A stretch of DNA of 63,678 bases, counting the filler, from Aduncisulcus paluster (lineage: Eukaryota): assembly GCA_024181965.1 (NCBI GenBank). It is 8 parts of 8 records of this genome, joined end to end, with 100 filler letters (N's around TTAATTAATTAA, not from the genome) between each part and the next. Parts side by side here need not be neighbours in the genome. Positions count along the whole stretch, not along the records: positions 40,964 to 49,247 come from BQXS01012631.1; positions 49,348 to 54,836 come from BQXS01012634.1; positions 54,937 to 63,678 come from BQXS01012638.1; 5 more parts are not named here. One strand, written 5' to 3'. The notes below the pieces were generated by a model. That model saw only the letters and a list, made by a program, of their open reading frames with translations, made no database searches and had not been told where the DNA came from. How positions within the stretch are numbered: position 1 is the stretch's first letter; each line of letters begins with the position of its first letter. This document shows, in pieces, positions 47,633-57,975 of this stretch. A program made the translations under genes and the position numbers.

Positions 47633-49247
47633 ATGGTAATTGGTATGTTTTTTTTTAAAATTTTTTATTATATTGTGCGTTATTATTTTTTTGTCTTAAT
47701 TTATTTGATTTCTAATTACATTTTATGATCTTTGCCATACTCACATTTTCCCAGCCAAAAAAAAGAAGAAAATAGTGATTCCAGCCCACTTATTGACTTT
47801 AGAAAGTAGAAATAGATTTGATTCCATTCTCTCGCAATGCTGGAAGAGGTCTAGGAGGAAGATAAAGCCACCTATTTTGGGAAGGAAGCCGCTCGATTTA
47901 TACCGTTTATTTTTAGAAGTAGACGCACGTGGAGGTTTGTGCTCCGTAATGAATCATAAATTATTTCGTGAGGTTGGCGATGCTCTTGAGCTTCCCAAGA
48001 CTGTGACAAACGTTGGTTGGATCCTTCGATGTCGACATGAACAACTTTTGTCGCCATATATTAGTATTTTACGAGAGCGAATATGGCCTGAAAGCCCTGG
48101 AGCTTTAGATGTCGATGACCAGAGATATTTTTCTTCCACCAAGGTATCTGTGTCCAATTCTGCATCTTCCATGGATTATTCTTCCTCTTTATTCTTCGAT
48201 ACAAGTTCAAAACACAAAGAAGAAGGTGATGTTTCTGGAGAAAATGATTACATTATAGATGATTCATCTGGGATTTGTACCAGTAATGAGTCGCCTCCCA
48301 GCCTTGGTCGTCATCAGGGTAAATATCAACAACAAACCCTTGGTTTCTCTGATTTTTCAGAGTCAACATTATTCGGATCTGTCGATTCCTCGCAATCCTC
48401 TTCTTCTTCTTCTTCTTCTTCTTCTTCTACATCCTCTTCAAGCATTCAAAGTAGCCATTCAAATGTGGACAATGATATTGCTATTGCCGATGGTACCGAT
48501 AAAATTAAAGCATCGCCTTCTGTTCGGTTACCAATATCAGCATCGTTGTCAACCTCAATCCCGCCTTTAAGCACTTCCACAACAAGTATTTTATGCTTGC
48601 GAAGTGCTAAATCGTCAAATAATAATCAAATAATACCTTACGTGCAACCACAACTCCAATTGGAGTCATTTTCAAAATTATTTACATCAAAGTCTCATAA
48701 ACATTCTTCTCACCAACATTCTATTTTTAGACAAGAGCCATCCTCAAGTGATAGTTCTGCTGCGTCGACTTCATATCATCCATCTCAGACAAAACCAGCT
48801 TCGACGTGTGACGATTTCTCTGTTATGATGTCTCCACACTTTAACAAGAGATACGCCTCGATCCAGGAAACTTTTGCTTATCTTATGAAACGGTATGTCC
48901 TGAATCCCAATAACCCTTCTTCAAATAATAGTATACACTCCTCCTCTTCTCTCTCTTCCTCTCCTCTCTCTCCTTCAACGCATTCAAAACATTCGACCCA
49001 TCATCGTCACAAACAATCATATATATATTCCACAAGCTCCTCTAAAAGTCATACTTCCCCTCCCCCTCCCTCTTGGTGTGACCTGCATAGTGACCTGCAT
49101 AGTGACCAAGAAAATACAATACATCCTCCCATTCCCTCAGTTCCTCCTGATCTCCCTCCCATGCTCTTGTGTCCTATTATCAGTGTATATCCAATGTGCT
49201 CGCTGTCCCTGTGTAACTTGCCACAGCTCTCTGAGTACGATTTAAGA
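47633..49247 (+). CDS. ARID/BRIGHT DNA-binding protein; exons 47633-47642 and 47755->49247; 3' truncated
   Basis: PILGRKPLDLYRLFLEVDARGG...FREVGDALEL...LRCRHEQLLSPY is an ARID domain. Intron 47643-47754 (GTATGT...CCCAG) gives MVIAKKKKK. Confidence 0.88.
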
Positions 49248-49347
49248 NNNNNNNNNNNNNNNNNNNNNNNNNNNNNNNNNNNNNNNNNNNNTTAATTAAT
49301 TAANNNNNNNNNNNNNNNNNNNNNNNNNNNNNNNNNNNNNNNNNNNN
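49248..49347. other. Artificial contig linker
   Basis: N44-TTAATTAATTAA-N44. Confidence 0.98.
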
Positions 49348-49865
49348 TACAAGATAACGGATGTATAAAGGGATCGGTGGATCACAAATATAACGGAGCT
49401 TGCGAGTCTTGCAACAAAACACGACTTGTAACAGCCATTTTGTTCCAAGGCGGCAAGGAACAATGGTATGCCTGCTCATGTGGAATAAAAGAGGGTGAGC
49501 CGCATAATGGGGTGTTTATTGTTCATTTCGTGAGGGTGGTGTGCAAAGGGAAAGAGAACATCGGCAAGATTGTCCAAAAGTGTCCACAGCTAGCCAGAAT
49601 GGGGTGGCATGGACAGACGGATATGCATGGAGACATGCCAAGCATGTATGCGAAACAGATGAAATGGGATAAAAGATCGTATTGCAAAATAGTGGTGTTG
49701 AAGGTGGGGAATTTTTTGATCATCAAAACTCCAGTTTAGAAGGCCAGAAACAGGGGAGAGTTTATTTGAAAAGCTTGGGATGTCCGTACATCAAGTTTCA
49801 AATAGAGAGACGAAAGAAGGATGAGGGAAAACGGGGGAGAAAAGAATGGAACTTAACTTCCACAT

Positions 49866-51380
49866 TCACTTCCGGAGAAGACTGGAATTGCCCCAACTGA
49901 AGTCGATTTGAGGAGATGGCTTGGGGTTGTATCGACGAGGATCAACAGGTGTAGAAATGGGATGGTGACCACCAGATGAGATTGGTAAGGGGTTAGTAAT
50001 CGGTTGGAGTGAAGGCATGGAGACGGGCACACCAGGTGTACCAATGGGAACATCGAGAGGCATTGGGGAAATGGTGTCTCCACTCATTGGTGCTGTGGTT
50101 CCTTTCGTTTTAATTCTTTCAGAAACAAGATATTTGGCTTCCTTTCCACACTCAAATAAGGTGTTTGATAACTTCTGGACCAACAACAAACCGCTTGAAA
50201 TGCATTTCTCCCGGTGTTCATCATCAGCATCAACCTCATCCAAAAGGAGGAGTCTGTTGGCCATGGCAGCTTTCAAAACGGTCATCGTATCGTTGCAAGC
50301 ATGAACAGTGGAGGAGTTACGGATTAAATAAAGACTGTTGTGATCCTCTGGCTCCACAATTGTAGTGATGGTTTCATTCAGAGACTTGAGAAGCTGCTCT
50401 TGGGGAGAAGAGGGGGGGGATGGAGAGGTTCCAAGCATACTCGAACGTTCAAGCTCCTCTTTTTCCTTGTCAAGCTTCTCCTGCTTGGCTGCATCAATTG
50501 CGGATAGCATTTCTGTCTTCTTACGGTCGAGAGATGTCATTGACTTATCAATATGCCCAGCAATTCCTTGGACAGAGCTGCCTTTCTCCATGACATGCTT
50601 CGTTGCAGTCATTAATTGTAACTTAATTTTGGCCATGTCTTGGGCGAGTTTGTTGGCCAGAATATATCTTAATTCGAATATAGAGGGTCCTTGGGGAGTG
50701 GGAGTGGGAGGATCAGGAATAGGTGTAGGCTTGTCGTCAATGGGGGCGGTGGGGACAGGTGGATCGGGATCAGTAATCTGCTGAGATCTTTCAAGATACA
50801 CAGGTTTAGCATAGTAACCAACACGTTGAATAAAAGGGTATGACATCTCGGTCTGTAAAAAGTTTTGAAGAGCCTGTCTTTCAGCCATAGGAGTGCCGAA
50901 GGATGATTTGGAGGAGAATGGGGGATTAATTGAAAACTTTTGGGACATGCTATGTAATACTGTTACTAAAGAATGTCCAGCGGGAGTGGTTCTAGATGTC
51001 CTCCATTGATTCACAATCGGGATATTCACATATCCAGAAACATTCACTTCGGTGGTCGGACGAAGGAACAGTCCAGTAACAGGAACTAAATAACTTATGG
51101 GAGGACTCAATGGATAATCATAATCAAAAATAATTCGAATGGGGAATCTATAGGTCGTTCCCCTAAAAACTGCAGGAATCATTCCGTAAAGACAGAGAAT
51201 AGAATCAACTTTGGAAGTACCTGGTCTTGTCAATGAGAACTTTTGGACAGTTGAAAGGGATGGAACCGCTGAAAGTCCAGCCATGATATGAGATTCTACA
51301 ACAGCACGATTCAAATAAGGCAAACTTGGCAACAGGGCTTTCAATTGCTTAATTGCAGTTTGACTCGGAAGAGACGCCAT
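49866..51380 (-). CDS. TSG101: ESCRT-I subunit TSG101/Vps23 (UEV, Pro-rich region, coiled coil, steadiness-box-like end)
   Basis: LYGMIPAVFRGTTYRFPIRIIFDYDYPLSPPISYL...VNVSGYVNIP...W...FSINPPF is the UEV domain; likely ATG at 51380. Confidence 0.88.
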   Translation of the reverse strand: MASLPSQTAIKQLKALLPSLPYLNRAVVESHIMAGLSAVPSLSTVQKFSLTRPGTSKVDSILCLYGMIPAVFRGTTYRFPIRIIFDYDYPLSPPISYLVPVTGLFLRPTTEVNVSGYVNIPIVNQWRTSRTTPAGHSLVTVLHSMSQKFSINPPFSSKSSFGTPMAERQALQNFLQTEMSYPFIQRVGYYAKPVYLERSQQITDPDPPVPTAPIDDKPTPIPDPPTPTPQGPSIFELRYILANKLAQDMAKIKLQLMTATKHVMEKGSSVQGIAGHIDKSMTSLDRKKTEMLSAIDAAKQEKLDKEKEELERSSMLGTSPSPPSSPQEQLLKSLNETITTIVEPEDHNSLYLIRNSSTVHACNDTMTVLKAAMANRLLLLDEVDADDEHREKCISSGLLLVQKLSNTLFECGKEAKYLVSERIKTKGTTAPMSGDTISPMPLDVPIGTPGVPVSMPSLQPITNPLPISSGGHHPISTPVDPRRYNPKPSPQIDFSWGNSSLLRK

Positions 51381-51663
51381 ATTATATATTATATGTTGGA
51401 TCAAAACAAAGAGGAAAACGGAAAAATGGCAGAAGATTTCTATCATCATTAAGGTCATTTTTTATCATTATAAATGAAATAAAAAATAAGGCCACAAAAT
51501 TTATTCTCTATTAATATTTTCCGTGCTATCTCTGAATCAAAGATGTTAATATGGATATATTCTCCCACCCCGAGGAATAAGTAAGTTTTATAAATAATAA
51601 TGGGTTCGAATACTATTCGGATATAAAACCGTAAAATTGGAAAAATAATATTTATTATACCGT

Positions 51664-53445
51664 CTACTCTAGCTTCTCAGAAGAAATGATTCCATCAATT
51701 CTGACAAGTTGGGAAGCTGCCTCAATGGAAGTAGTAACAGCACCCATTCTTACAGAGAAAGGATCACGGACTTCACTCTTCCACATATCACAAACTTTAC
51801 CAGTTTCACTGTCAATTCCATAATGATGTCTGCTTGGGTCCTCTGTGTGGTTATGCTTGGCACGAAGAGCAGTAATCTCACGGATCACTGAAGCACCAGC
51901 GTTTTCACAGATCACACGGGCAATGACCTCAAGGGCAGATGCAACGGCTTCATATACAAGAATATTGACGTCAGCACGCTCGCGACCTTTTTTCAGCAAC
52001 TCGGTTCCAAGGGCCATCTCGAAGGCTCCACCTCCAGGNNNNNNNNNNNNNNNNNNNNACATATCACAAACTTTACCAGTTTCACTGTCAATTCCATAAT
52101 GATGTCTGCTTGGGTCCTCTGTGTGGTTATGCTTGGCACGAAGAGCAGTAATCTCACGGATCACTGAAGCACCAGCGTTTTCACAGATCACACGGGCAAT
52201 GACCTCAAGGGCAGATGCAACGGCTTCATATACAAGAATATTGACGTCAGCACGCTCGCGACCTTTTTTCAGCAACTCGGTTCCAAGGGCCATCTCGAAG
52301 GCTCCACCTCCAGGGACGACACGAGGGTCCATGAAGACATCACGGACAACATGCATGGCATCTACAAGGTTTCTATTTAACTCGGATAAAGTGGTCTTGG
52401 AAGGTCCACGGAGAACAACAGTGACAGCTTTAGCCTCTGGGGATTCAATCATTGAGAAATATTCGTCTCCCATCTTTTGGACCTCGAATGAAGTGGCTTT
52501 GCAACCAATATCATCGGATGTGAGACTCTGGATCTGATGGACAATAGTAGCTCCAGTAACACGGGCAACACGAAGAGTATCAGGCTTTTTAACACGACGG
52601 AGGGCAGCAATGCCTGCTTTGGCAAGCTCATGAATGGCTGCATTGCTCATTCCCTTTTCACTTATGACTAAATTAACACCTTCGGCTTTAAGTTTCTCAA
52701 CCATATTCCGGACATAATCTACCTCCTTTTGGAGCATATCTTTGTAGTCGCTTCCTTTTTTGATCGATAAAGACATTGAACTCTCAGCTTTAGTCCAGTC
52801 AAGGGGAGATGACATGATCACGACCTTGGGATCCTTAATAAATCTTGGCATAGCACTATGTAACACATCTTTGTGGAGAACAGAACCATGGACAAGGGAG
52901 GATTGATCCACAGTTCCACCAGGAATAGACTCAACACGAACGTAACGCATGAAATCAATTCCTGAGGGTCCGGCAATGGCAGATATAGCATCAATAGCAA
53001 ACTTACACAAAAGTTCAGCATATCTTCCTCCATATTTAGGCGCAAGATGAGTCATAATAATAGGAATCATCTCAGCGCGCTCTTCGCATGTAACGGGAGC
53101 AGCAAGTTTATCTCCGATCTCTCTAAGATCATGCAAAACACGAATTAAAGTTCTAGCAACTTCTGGAGAGGATTCAGCACCAGTTCCAAGCTGTTGAAGA
53201 ATCTCACCAACTAAAACAACAACTGTTGTGGATCCATCTCCAAATTCTTCAGCTTGAGTTCTGGACAATTCAGCAATAGTTTTGGCAACAGGATGAGGCA
53301 AATCAAGTTCTCTTACAATACTATTTCCATCACTTGTAGGGACAATCGAACCCACAGGCGTCAAAAGCATTTTAATCATACCAGTAGGGCCGATTGTTGT
53401 CCTTACCAATGAAGAAAGTGATGTACAAATATCTTTTGTATTCAT
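51664..53445 (-). CDS. CCT3: Chaperonin CCT gamma subunit (~501 aa after collapsing the gap duplication)
   Basis: RTTIGPTGMIKML, FGDGSTT, RVESIPGG, KDVLHSAMPRFIKDPK, ALRRVKKPDTLRVARVTGA, VPGGGAFEM. Confidence 0.92.
   Translation of the reverse strand: MNTKDICTSLSSLVRTTIGPTGMIKMLLTPVGSIVPTSDGNSIVRELDLPHPVAKTIAELSRTQAEEFGDGSTTVVVLVGEILQQLGTGAESSPEVARTLIRVLHDLREIGDKLAAPVTCEERAEMIPIIMTHLAPKYGGRYAELLCKFAIDAISAIAGPSGIDFMRYVRVESIPGGTVDQSSLVHGSVLHKDVLHSAMPRFIKDPKVVIMSSPLDWTKAESSMSLSIKKGSDYKDMLQKEVDYVRNMVEKLKAEGVNLVISEKGMSNAAIHELAKAGIAALRRVKKPDTLRVARVTGATIVHQIQSLTSDDIGCKATSFEVQKMGDEYFSMIESPEAKAVTVVLRGPSKTTLSELNRNLVDAMHVVRDVFMDPRVVPGGGAFEMALGTELLKKGRERADVNILVYEAVASALEVIARVICENAGASVIREITALRAKHNHTEDPSRHHYGIDSETGKVCDMXXXXXXXPGGGAFEMALGTELLKKGRERADVNILVYEAVASALEVIARVICENAGASVIREITALRAKHNHTEDPSRHHYGIDSETGKVCDMWKSEVRDPFSVRMGAVTTSIEAASQLVRIDGIISSEKLE
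51783..52314. repeat. 256-bp exact duplication flanking an N20 gap (artefact)
   Basis: 51783-52038 = 52059-52314. Confidence 0.92.
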
Positions 53446-53710
53446 TCCGGAACGAAATCCACACCCGCAAAAGATCAATTCCAATCCTTTCAAATGTGTG
53501 GTAATCTAATCATTTTTGATAGTGGAAAATAAAAATCTTTCCTTTTGCAATTATCAATATTGTAATATTTTGCATTTTTATTGCAATATCAGATATTAAG
53601 GCTATCTTTTCTATCGGAAATATTGGTAATATATTTCGATATGAATCATATAATAGTAATAGTGATAAAACTAAATTGATTCTTCAAATTACTATCAAAC
53701 ATTAGAATTC

Positions 53711-54790
53711 ATGATTGACAACTCAATTACAGTTTTCTTGACGACCGTGATAATAATGTACGTGTCAACGTCGTTTTCTCCGGAAAAATCTTTTTTTAAT
53801 TATTATATTGGGAAGCGTAGGGCATCTGGTCAATTAGTTCCAATTTCTTCCGTTTCTCCTTCTAGTTTCTCATCTATTACTCCTACATCTGGATTTAATC
53901 CCTTAGAAGTATCTACTGGAATATCTAAATTCGATTTGGGAGATAAATTTGGAAGTAAGAAGAGACAAAGTGATCAAAGGAGATTACGTGAAAATGTCGT
54001 TCAATTAAAAAATGGTGTCTCTTTAGAGTCGATAGAAAAGCTTGAAAAAGATATTGTTAAGAAAGGAACCGAATCAATTACTCATTTACAACCATTTTCT
54101 GAATCTAAGTCTTCATATCTTCCACCTCACAATCAAAGGGTCAAAGATCCTCATTTAGCATATCCGTTACCATCCTTAATGCCTTTTGACACACTTTTGG
54201 AAGAAACTTCCATGTTAAGTCGGTTTGCTGAAATCTGTGGAAAGAGAGTCGAAGATACAACTGGTATCGAAACTTTTAACAGAACTCATATGAAAAAACG
54301 CATTACTGTTCAAAAAATTCCCATGTTTCTTGCTACAATAGCCAATGACGCAAAAGAAGATACAAATAAGCTTTCTATCTGCATATATGTATACTATTTG
54401 CATTGTTTTATCCATTCAAAGAGAAAAGCCTCAAAAGAGCTTATTGCTTCGGAAGGTAGGATTAAAAAGGGCATTAAACCATGGAAACAATGGCCCTATG
54501 ATATGTTTCCTTCTCCATCCATTATTGAGTTTTTCAGTGATAATTTCTGTGAATCTGGTGAATTAACGCGCAGTATGGCCACCAAAGGGAGAATATGGCT
54601 TGCTGCTTCACTCTTACATCTTCTTGACTTCTCTGTACCTGTGGACGAGGCTGCTTCTCTCATGTGCTGCAAGGAGGTACAGGCTAGGTCATATTTTACC
54701 ATGTTAGGATGTTCTGGGGGGAAAAAGATGCATCTCAAGGTCCCATTAAAGTTCCCAACAGCAAGCGCCTCAAGAGGACAACGTAAATAA
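53711..54790 (+). CDS. RPA49: RNA polymerase I subunit A49/PAF53-like protein
   Basis: LPPHN...DPHLAYPLPSLMP and the C-terminal YFTMLGC...HLKVPLKFP match A49-family motifs; the start codon is uncertain. Confidence 0.72.
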   Translation: MIDNSITVFLTTVIIMYVSTSFSPEKSFFNYYIGKRRASGQLVPISSVSPSSFSSITPTSGFNPLEVSTGISKFDLGDKFGSKKRQSDQRRLRENVVQLKNGVSLESIEKLEKDIVKKGTESITHLQPFSESKSSYLPPHNQRVKDPHLAYPLPSLMPFDTLLEETSMLSRFAEICGKRVEDTTGIETFNRTHMKKRITVQKIPMFLATIANDAKEDTNKLSICIYVYYLHCFIHSKRKASKELIASEGRIKKGIKPWKQWPYDMFPSPSIIEFFSDNFCESGELTRSMATKGRIWLAASLLHLLDFSVPVDEAASLMCCKEVQARSYFTMLGCSGGKKMHLKVPLKFPTASASRGQRK

Positions 54791-54836
54791 AATCTTCCAA
54801 ATTAAATTTTTATTTTTTAAAGGACTTGGAGGGAGA

Positions 54837-54936
54837 NNNNNNNNNNNNNNNNNNNNNNNNNNNNNNNNNNNNNNNNNNNNTTAATTAATTAANNNNNNNN
54901 NNNNNNNNNNNNNNNNNNNNNNNNNNNNNNNNNNNN
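54837..54936. other. Artificial contig linker
   Basis: N44-TTAATTAATTAA-N44. Confidence 0.98.
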
Positions 54937-57900
54937 CCAAGATGTTTCAATCGTATTCCTCGTCCGATGTACATTCTTGATCTTCTCGATGAGAAATATG
55001 AAGGAGTCTATGGATTCTGCATGGAATACTGTCGAGGTGGCAGTGTTAAAGACTTTGCCAAGAGTTGGTGTGTTGACGGGAAGTATGGGACCAAATTAAA
55101 CCCTGTTCGAGTTGCTTCCTTATGTGTTGGCATGATTGAGTGTCTCTCAGATGTCTTCAAGGCAAAACCTGAACTTGCCCATCGAGATGTTAAACCTGAC
55201 AATTTCCTTGTTCGTGCCGATCCCAAATATGGAGATTGTATTGTTGTTCTTGCCGATCTTGGTCTTGCTGAGATCCAAGCTTCCATCTCTTCGTCCATCT
55301 CTTGCAAGACTTATGAATCGACATCTTCCATTTCATCCGAGACCGATAAGAAGAAGAAGTCTCCACGCTCCATCTGTGGTACTCTTGTGTACAACTCTTA
55401 TGAAGCGCTTCAAGGAATGCAAAGCCAAGAAAGTGATGCCTATTCACTTGGTATGAGCATATTCGCTCTATTTGAGGGATGTGATCCTTTCAATAACATG
55501 CCAGTATTTCAATGGATTACATCGCCAATAGAATATGTTATGGCACTTCTTGATCTCATTTCAAAGGGAATTGGTCCAAAACTCTTTACTTCACCTCTTT
55601 TCAGAACCCTCAAGACCATTGAAGGTGGCAAGTTCAAGCCTGTCCATGATTGTCTGAATGAAGTGTTCAAAGGTCTGACTTTATTGGATGTTGAAGAACG
55701 TATGGATGTTCACACTGCTCGTGAGAAAGTTCAGTCGATTAAGCATCTCCTCCCAAAGATTGGAGAAGGGTGGGAATGTCCATCCATTGATGATATTGTG
55801 GAGATGCAACTTGAGGAATATGGAGGTGATCCTGGGAGTATCATTCAAGGAAGTGAAGAGGAAGAGGAAGAGGAAGTTCAAAATGTCAAACTAGGTAAAG
55901 GTTGGATTACAAGTGTGAGTGTTTTGATTGATCATGATTCTTTGATCAAAACTATTGATTCCATCAAGAAATGTCCAGATTCAGAGTCAACTTCTGAATT
56001 GTACCACGAAAATCGAGAATCCATTCTCTCTAAATTCCTTGCATATCAATCGAGAAGTGAAATTGAAGAACACAGAAGGGAGATTGTTCTAGGTTATCAG
56101 TGTTTACAATGGTTTGTTTGTCATGATATTTCTGGAACTGATATCTATCTCCCTATCCCTGATCTGAATGATCTCATTGACACTTTCATTGATCATCTAT
56201 CAAGAGTTGAGAGTGTATTGGAAGGAGATGTTGATGAAGATTATTGTAATATTTGTCTTGGTTATACTTTCAAAGTTCCAGATAAATGTGATTTCTTCCT
56301 CCCCAAGATATCTCCGACTTTCCACCGCATTCTTGAAAGAGGAAGCAAGGAGAAGTTGGAAGGAGATGTTCCAAAGTGGTTGTTAAATGCCCTCAGAAAT
56401 ATCTCCAGTTCAGCTTCTTCCTCCACTCGATCATCCATCTTCACCCTCATCAAACCATATGTAAAGAATTGGATGAGAATATATGGAGATATTAAGTATT
56501 ATGAAGAGTGGATTGTTATATTGAAATTCCTTTCTTGGTCTTCAGAAGATGATTCTCCAAACAAAACTATCTGTTCCGAATCATGGCCATTCTTCCACCC
56601 TATTCTTGATGTTGTGAAGAGAGAGTGTTCTGGGGATAAGATTGTTGAGAAGGATTATTTCTATGTTTTAGATTTCTTCTCAAACCTATGTTGTGATCGC
56701 TCCCATGTTCAAGAAATATATGACAACATCAAAGATCTTCTCGATGGTTGGTATGAAGCTGTGAAGAAGAAGAAACACGAATGGGGTATCAAATACTGGT
56801 CACAACTCATTTCCATGCTATCCACTTCTCCATCTCTTGTTCCTCTCTTGTCTCCTAAATATGACACCCATATGAAGTGGTGTAAGGATAATGGAGGTTG
56901 TGAGAGTGACTATTCAAAGTATTGCACCAACTATTCTCAATATCTGAAGAAAATGGAAGACTTGGTCAGTTTCATCAAGGAATGTCCAGACTCAGAATCA
57001 ACTTCTAAACTCTACCATGAACATCGGGATGGATTACTTTCTGTCTTTCGTGCATTTGAATCAAAGAGTGAACTTGAAGAACATAAAAGGGAGCTTGTTC
57101 TGTGTTGTCAATGTTTAAGATGGTTTGTTAGACATTATATTTCTGGAAATGGTATCTATCTCCCTATCCCTGATCTGAATGATCTCATTGACACTTTCAT
57201 TGATCAACTATCAAGAGTTGAGAGTGTATTGGAAGCAGCTGTTGATGAAGAGTATTGTGTTATTTGTATTAATTATACTTTCAAAGTTCAAGATAAACGT
57301 GATTCCCTCTTCCCCAAGATATCTCCCACTTTCCACCGCATTCTTGAAAGAGGAAGCAAGGAGAAGTTGGAAGGAGATGTTCCTTTAGATCTATTAAAGA
57401 CCCTCAGAAATATCTCCATTTCTAACTCTTCCTCCACTCGATCATCCATCTTCACCCTCATCAAACCATACGTCAAAGATTGGATGAGAATATATGGAGA
57501 TATAGAGTATTATGAACAGTGGATTGTTATATTGGCAAACCTTACTTGGTCATCAGAAGACAATTCTCCAAACAAAGCTATCTGTTCTGAATCATGGCCA
57601 TTCTTCCACCCTATTCTTGATGTTGTGAAGAGAGAGTGTGCTGGGGATAAGATTATTGAACATCATTATTACCATGTTTTAGATTTCTTCTCAAACCTAT
57701 GTTGTGATCCCTCTCATGTTCAAGAAATATATGACAACATCAAGGATCTTCTCGATGGTTGGTATGAAGCTGTGAAGAAGAAGAAACATGATTGGGGAAT
57801 CAAATACTGGTCACAACTCATTTCAATGCTATCCACTTCTCCATCTCTTGTTCCTCTCTTGTCTCCTAAATATGACACCCATATGAAGTGGTGTAAGGAT

Positions 57901-57975
57901 AATGGAGGTTGGAGGAGTGACTATTCGAAGTATTGCAATAATTGTACATCCCATTTCCAAAGTGATCATCCCTGA
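54937..57975 (+). CDS. Ser/Thr protein kinase with two tandem 337-aa helical (ARM-like) modules; 5' truncated
   Basis: MEYCRGGS, HRDVKPDN, LADLG, CGTLVYNSYE, SDAYSLG; the frame is open from the contig start. Confidence 0.92.
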   Translation, partial: PRCFNRIPRPMYILDLLDEKYEGVYGFCMEYCRGGSVKDFAKSWCVDGKYGTKLNPVRVASLCVGMIECLSDVFKAKPELAHRDVKPDNFLVRADPKYGDCIVVLADLGLAEIQASISSSISCKTYESTSSISSETDKKKKSPRSICGTLVYNSYEALQGMQSQESDAYSLGMSIFALFEGCDPFNNMPVFQWITSPIEYVMALLDLISKGIGPKLFTSPLFRTLKTIEGGKFKPVHDCLNEVFKGLTLLDVEERMDVHTAREKVQSIKHLLPKIGEGWECPSIDDIVEMQLEEYGGDPGSIIQGSEEEEEEEVQNVKLGKGWITSVSVLIDHDSLIKTIDSIKKCPDSESTSELYHENRESILSKFLAYQSRSEIEEHRREIVLGYQCLQWFVCHDISGTDIYLPIPDLNDLIDTFIDHLSRVESVLEGDVDEDYCNICLGYTFKVPDKCDFFLPKISPTFHRILERGSKEKLEGDVPKWLLNALRNISSSASSSTRSSIFTLIKPYVKNWMRIYGDIKYYEEWIVILKFLSWSSEDDSPNKTICSESWPFFHPILDVVKRECSGDKIVEKDYFYVLDFFSNLCCDRSHVQEIYDNIKDLLDGWYEAVKKKKHEWGIKYWSQLISMLSTSPSLVPLLSPKYDTHMKWCKDNGGCESDYSKYCTNYSQYLKKMEDLVSFIKECPDSESTSKLYHEHRDGLLSVFRAFESKSELEEHKRELVLCCQCLRWFVRHYISGNGIYLPIPDLNDLIDTFIDQLSRVESVLEAAVDEEYCVICINYTFKVQDKRDSLFPKISPTFHRILERGSKEKLEGDVPLDLLKTLRNISISNSSSTRSSIFTLIKPYVKDWMRIYGDIEYYEQWIVILANLTWSSEDNSPNKAICSESWPFFHPILDVVKRECAGDKIIEHHYYHVLDFFSNLCCDPSHVQEIYDNIKDLLDGWYEAVKKKKHDWGIKYWSQLISMLSTSPSLVPLLSPKYDTHMKWCKDNGGWRSDYSKYCNNCTSHFQSDHP
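55960..57945 (+). repeat. Two diverged tandem copies, period 1011 bp
   Basis: CPDSESTS starts at 55972 and 56983; many substitutions between copies, so the duplication is biological. Confidence 0.95.

Noticed and set aside
49348..49739. 120-aa Cys-containing ORF at a contig start
   Set aside because: No recognisable domain and truncated context; it cannot be supported as a gene.
8132..51380. Apparent clustering of membrane-trafficking genes (EFR3, RMC1-like, C2CD5-like, TSG101)
   Set aside because: Each lies on a different contig; proximity is produced by concatenation.
19202..52314. Internal duplications in the HEAT-like, coiled-coil, NOP2 and CCT3 genes
   Set aside because: Each is an exact copy either side of an N20 gap, typical of unmerged overlapping scaffold ends; collapsing restores normal genes.
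6431..54936. Recurrent TTAATTAATTAA palindrome between N runs, and ORFs ending in XXXLIN
   Set aside because: Artificial six-frame-stop linker used to concatenate contigs; not a biological motif.
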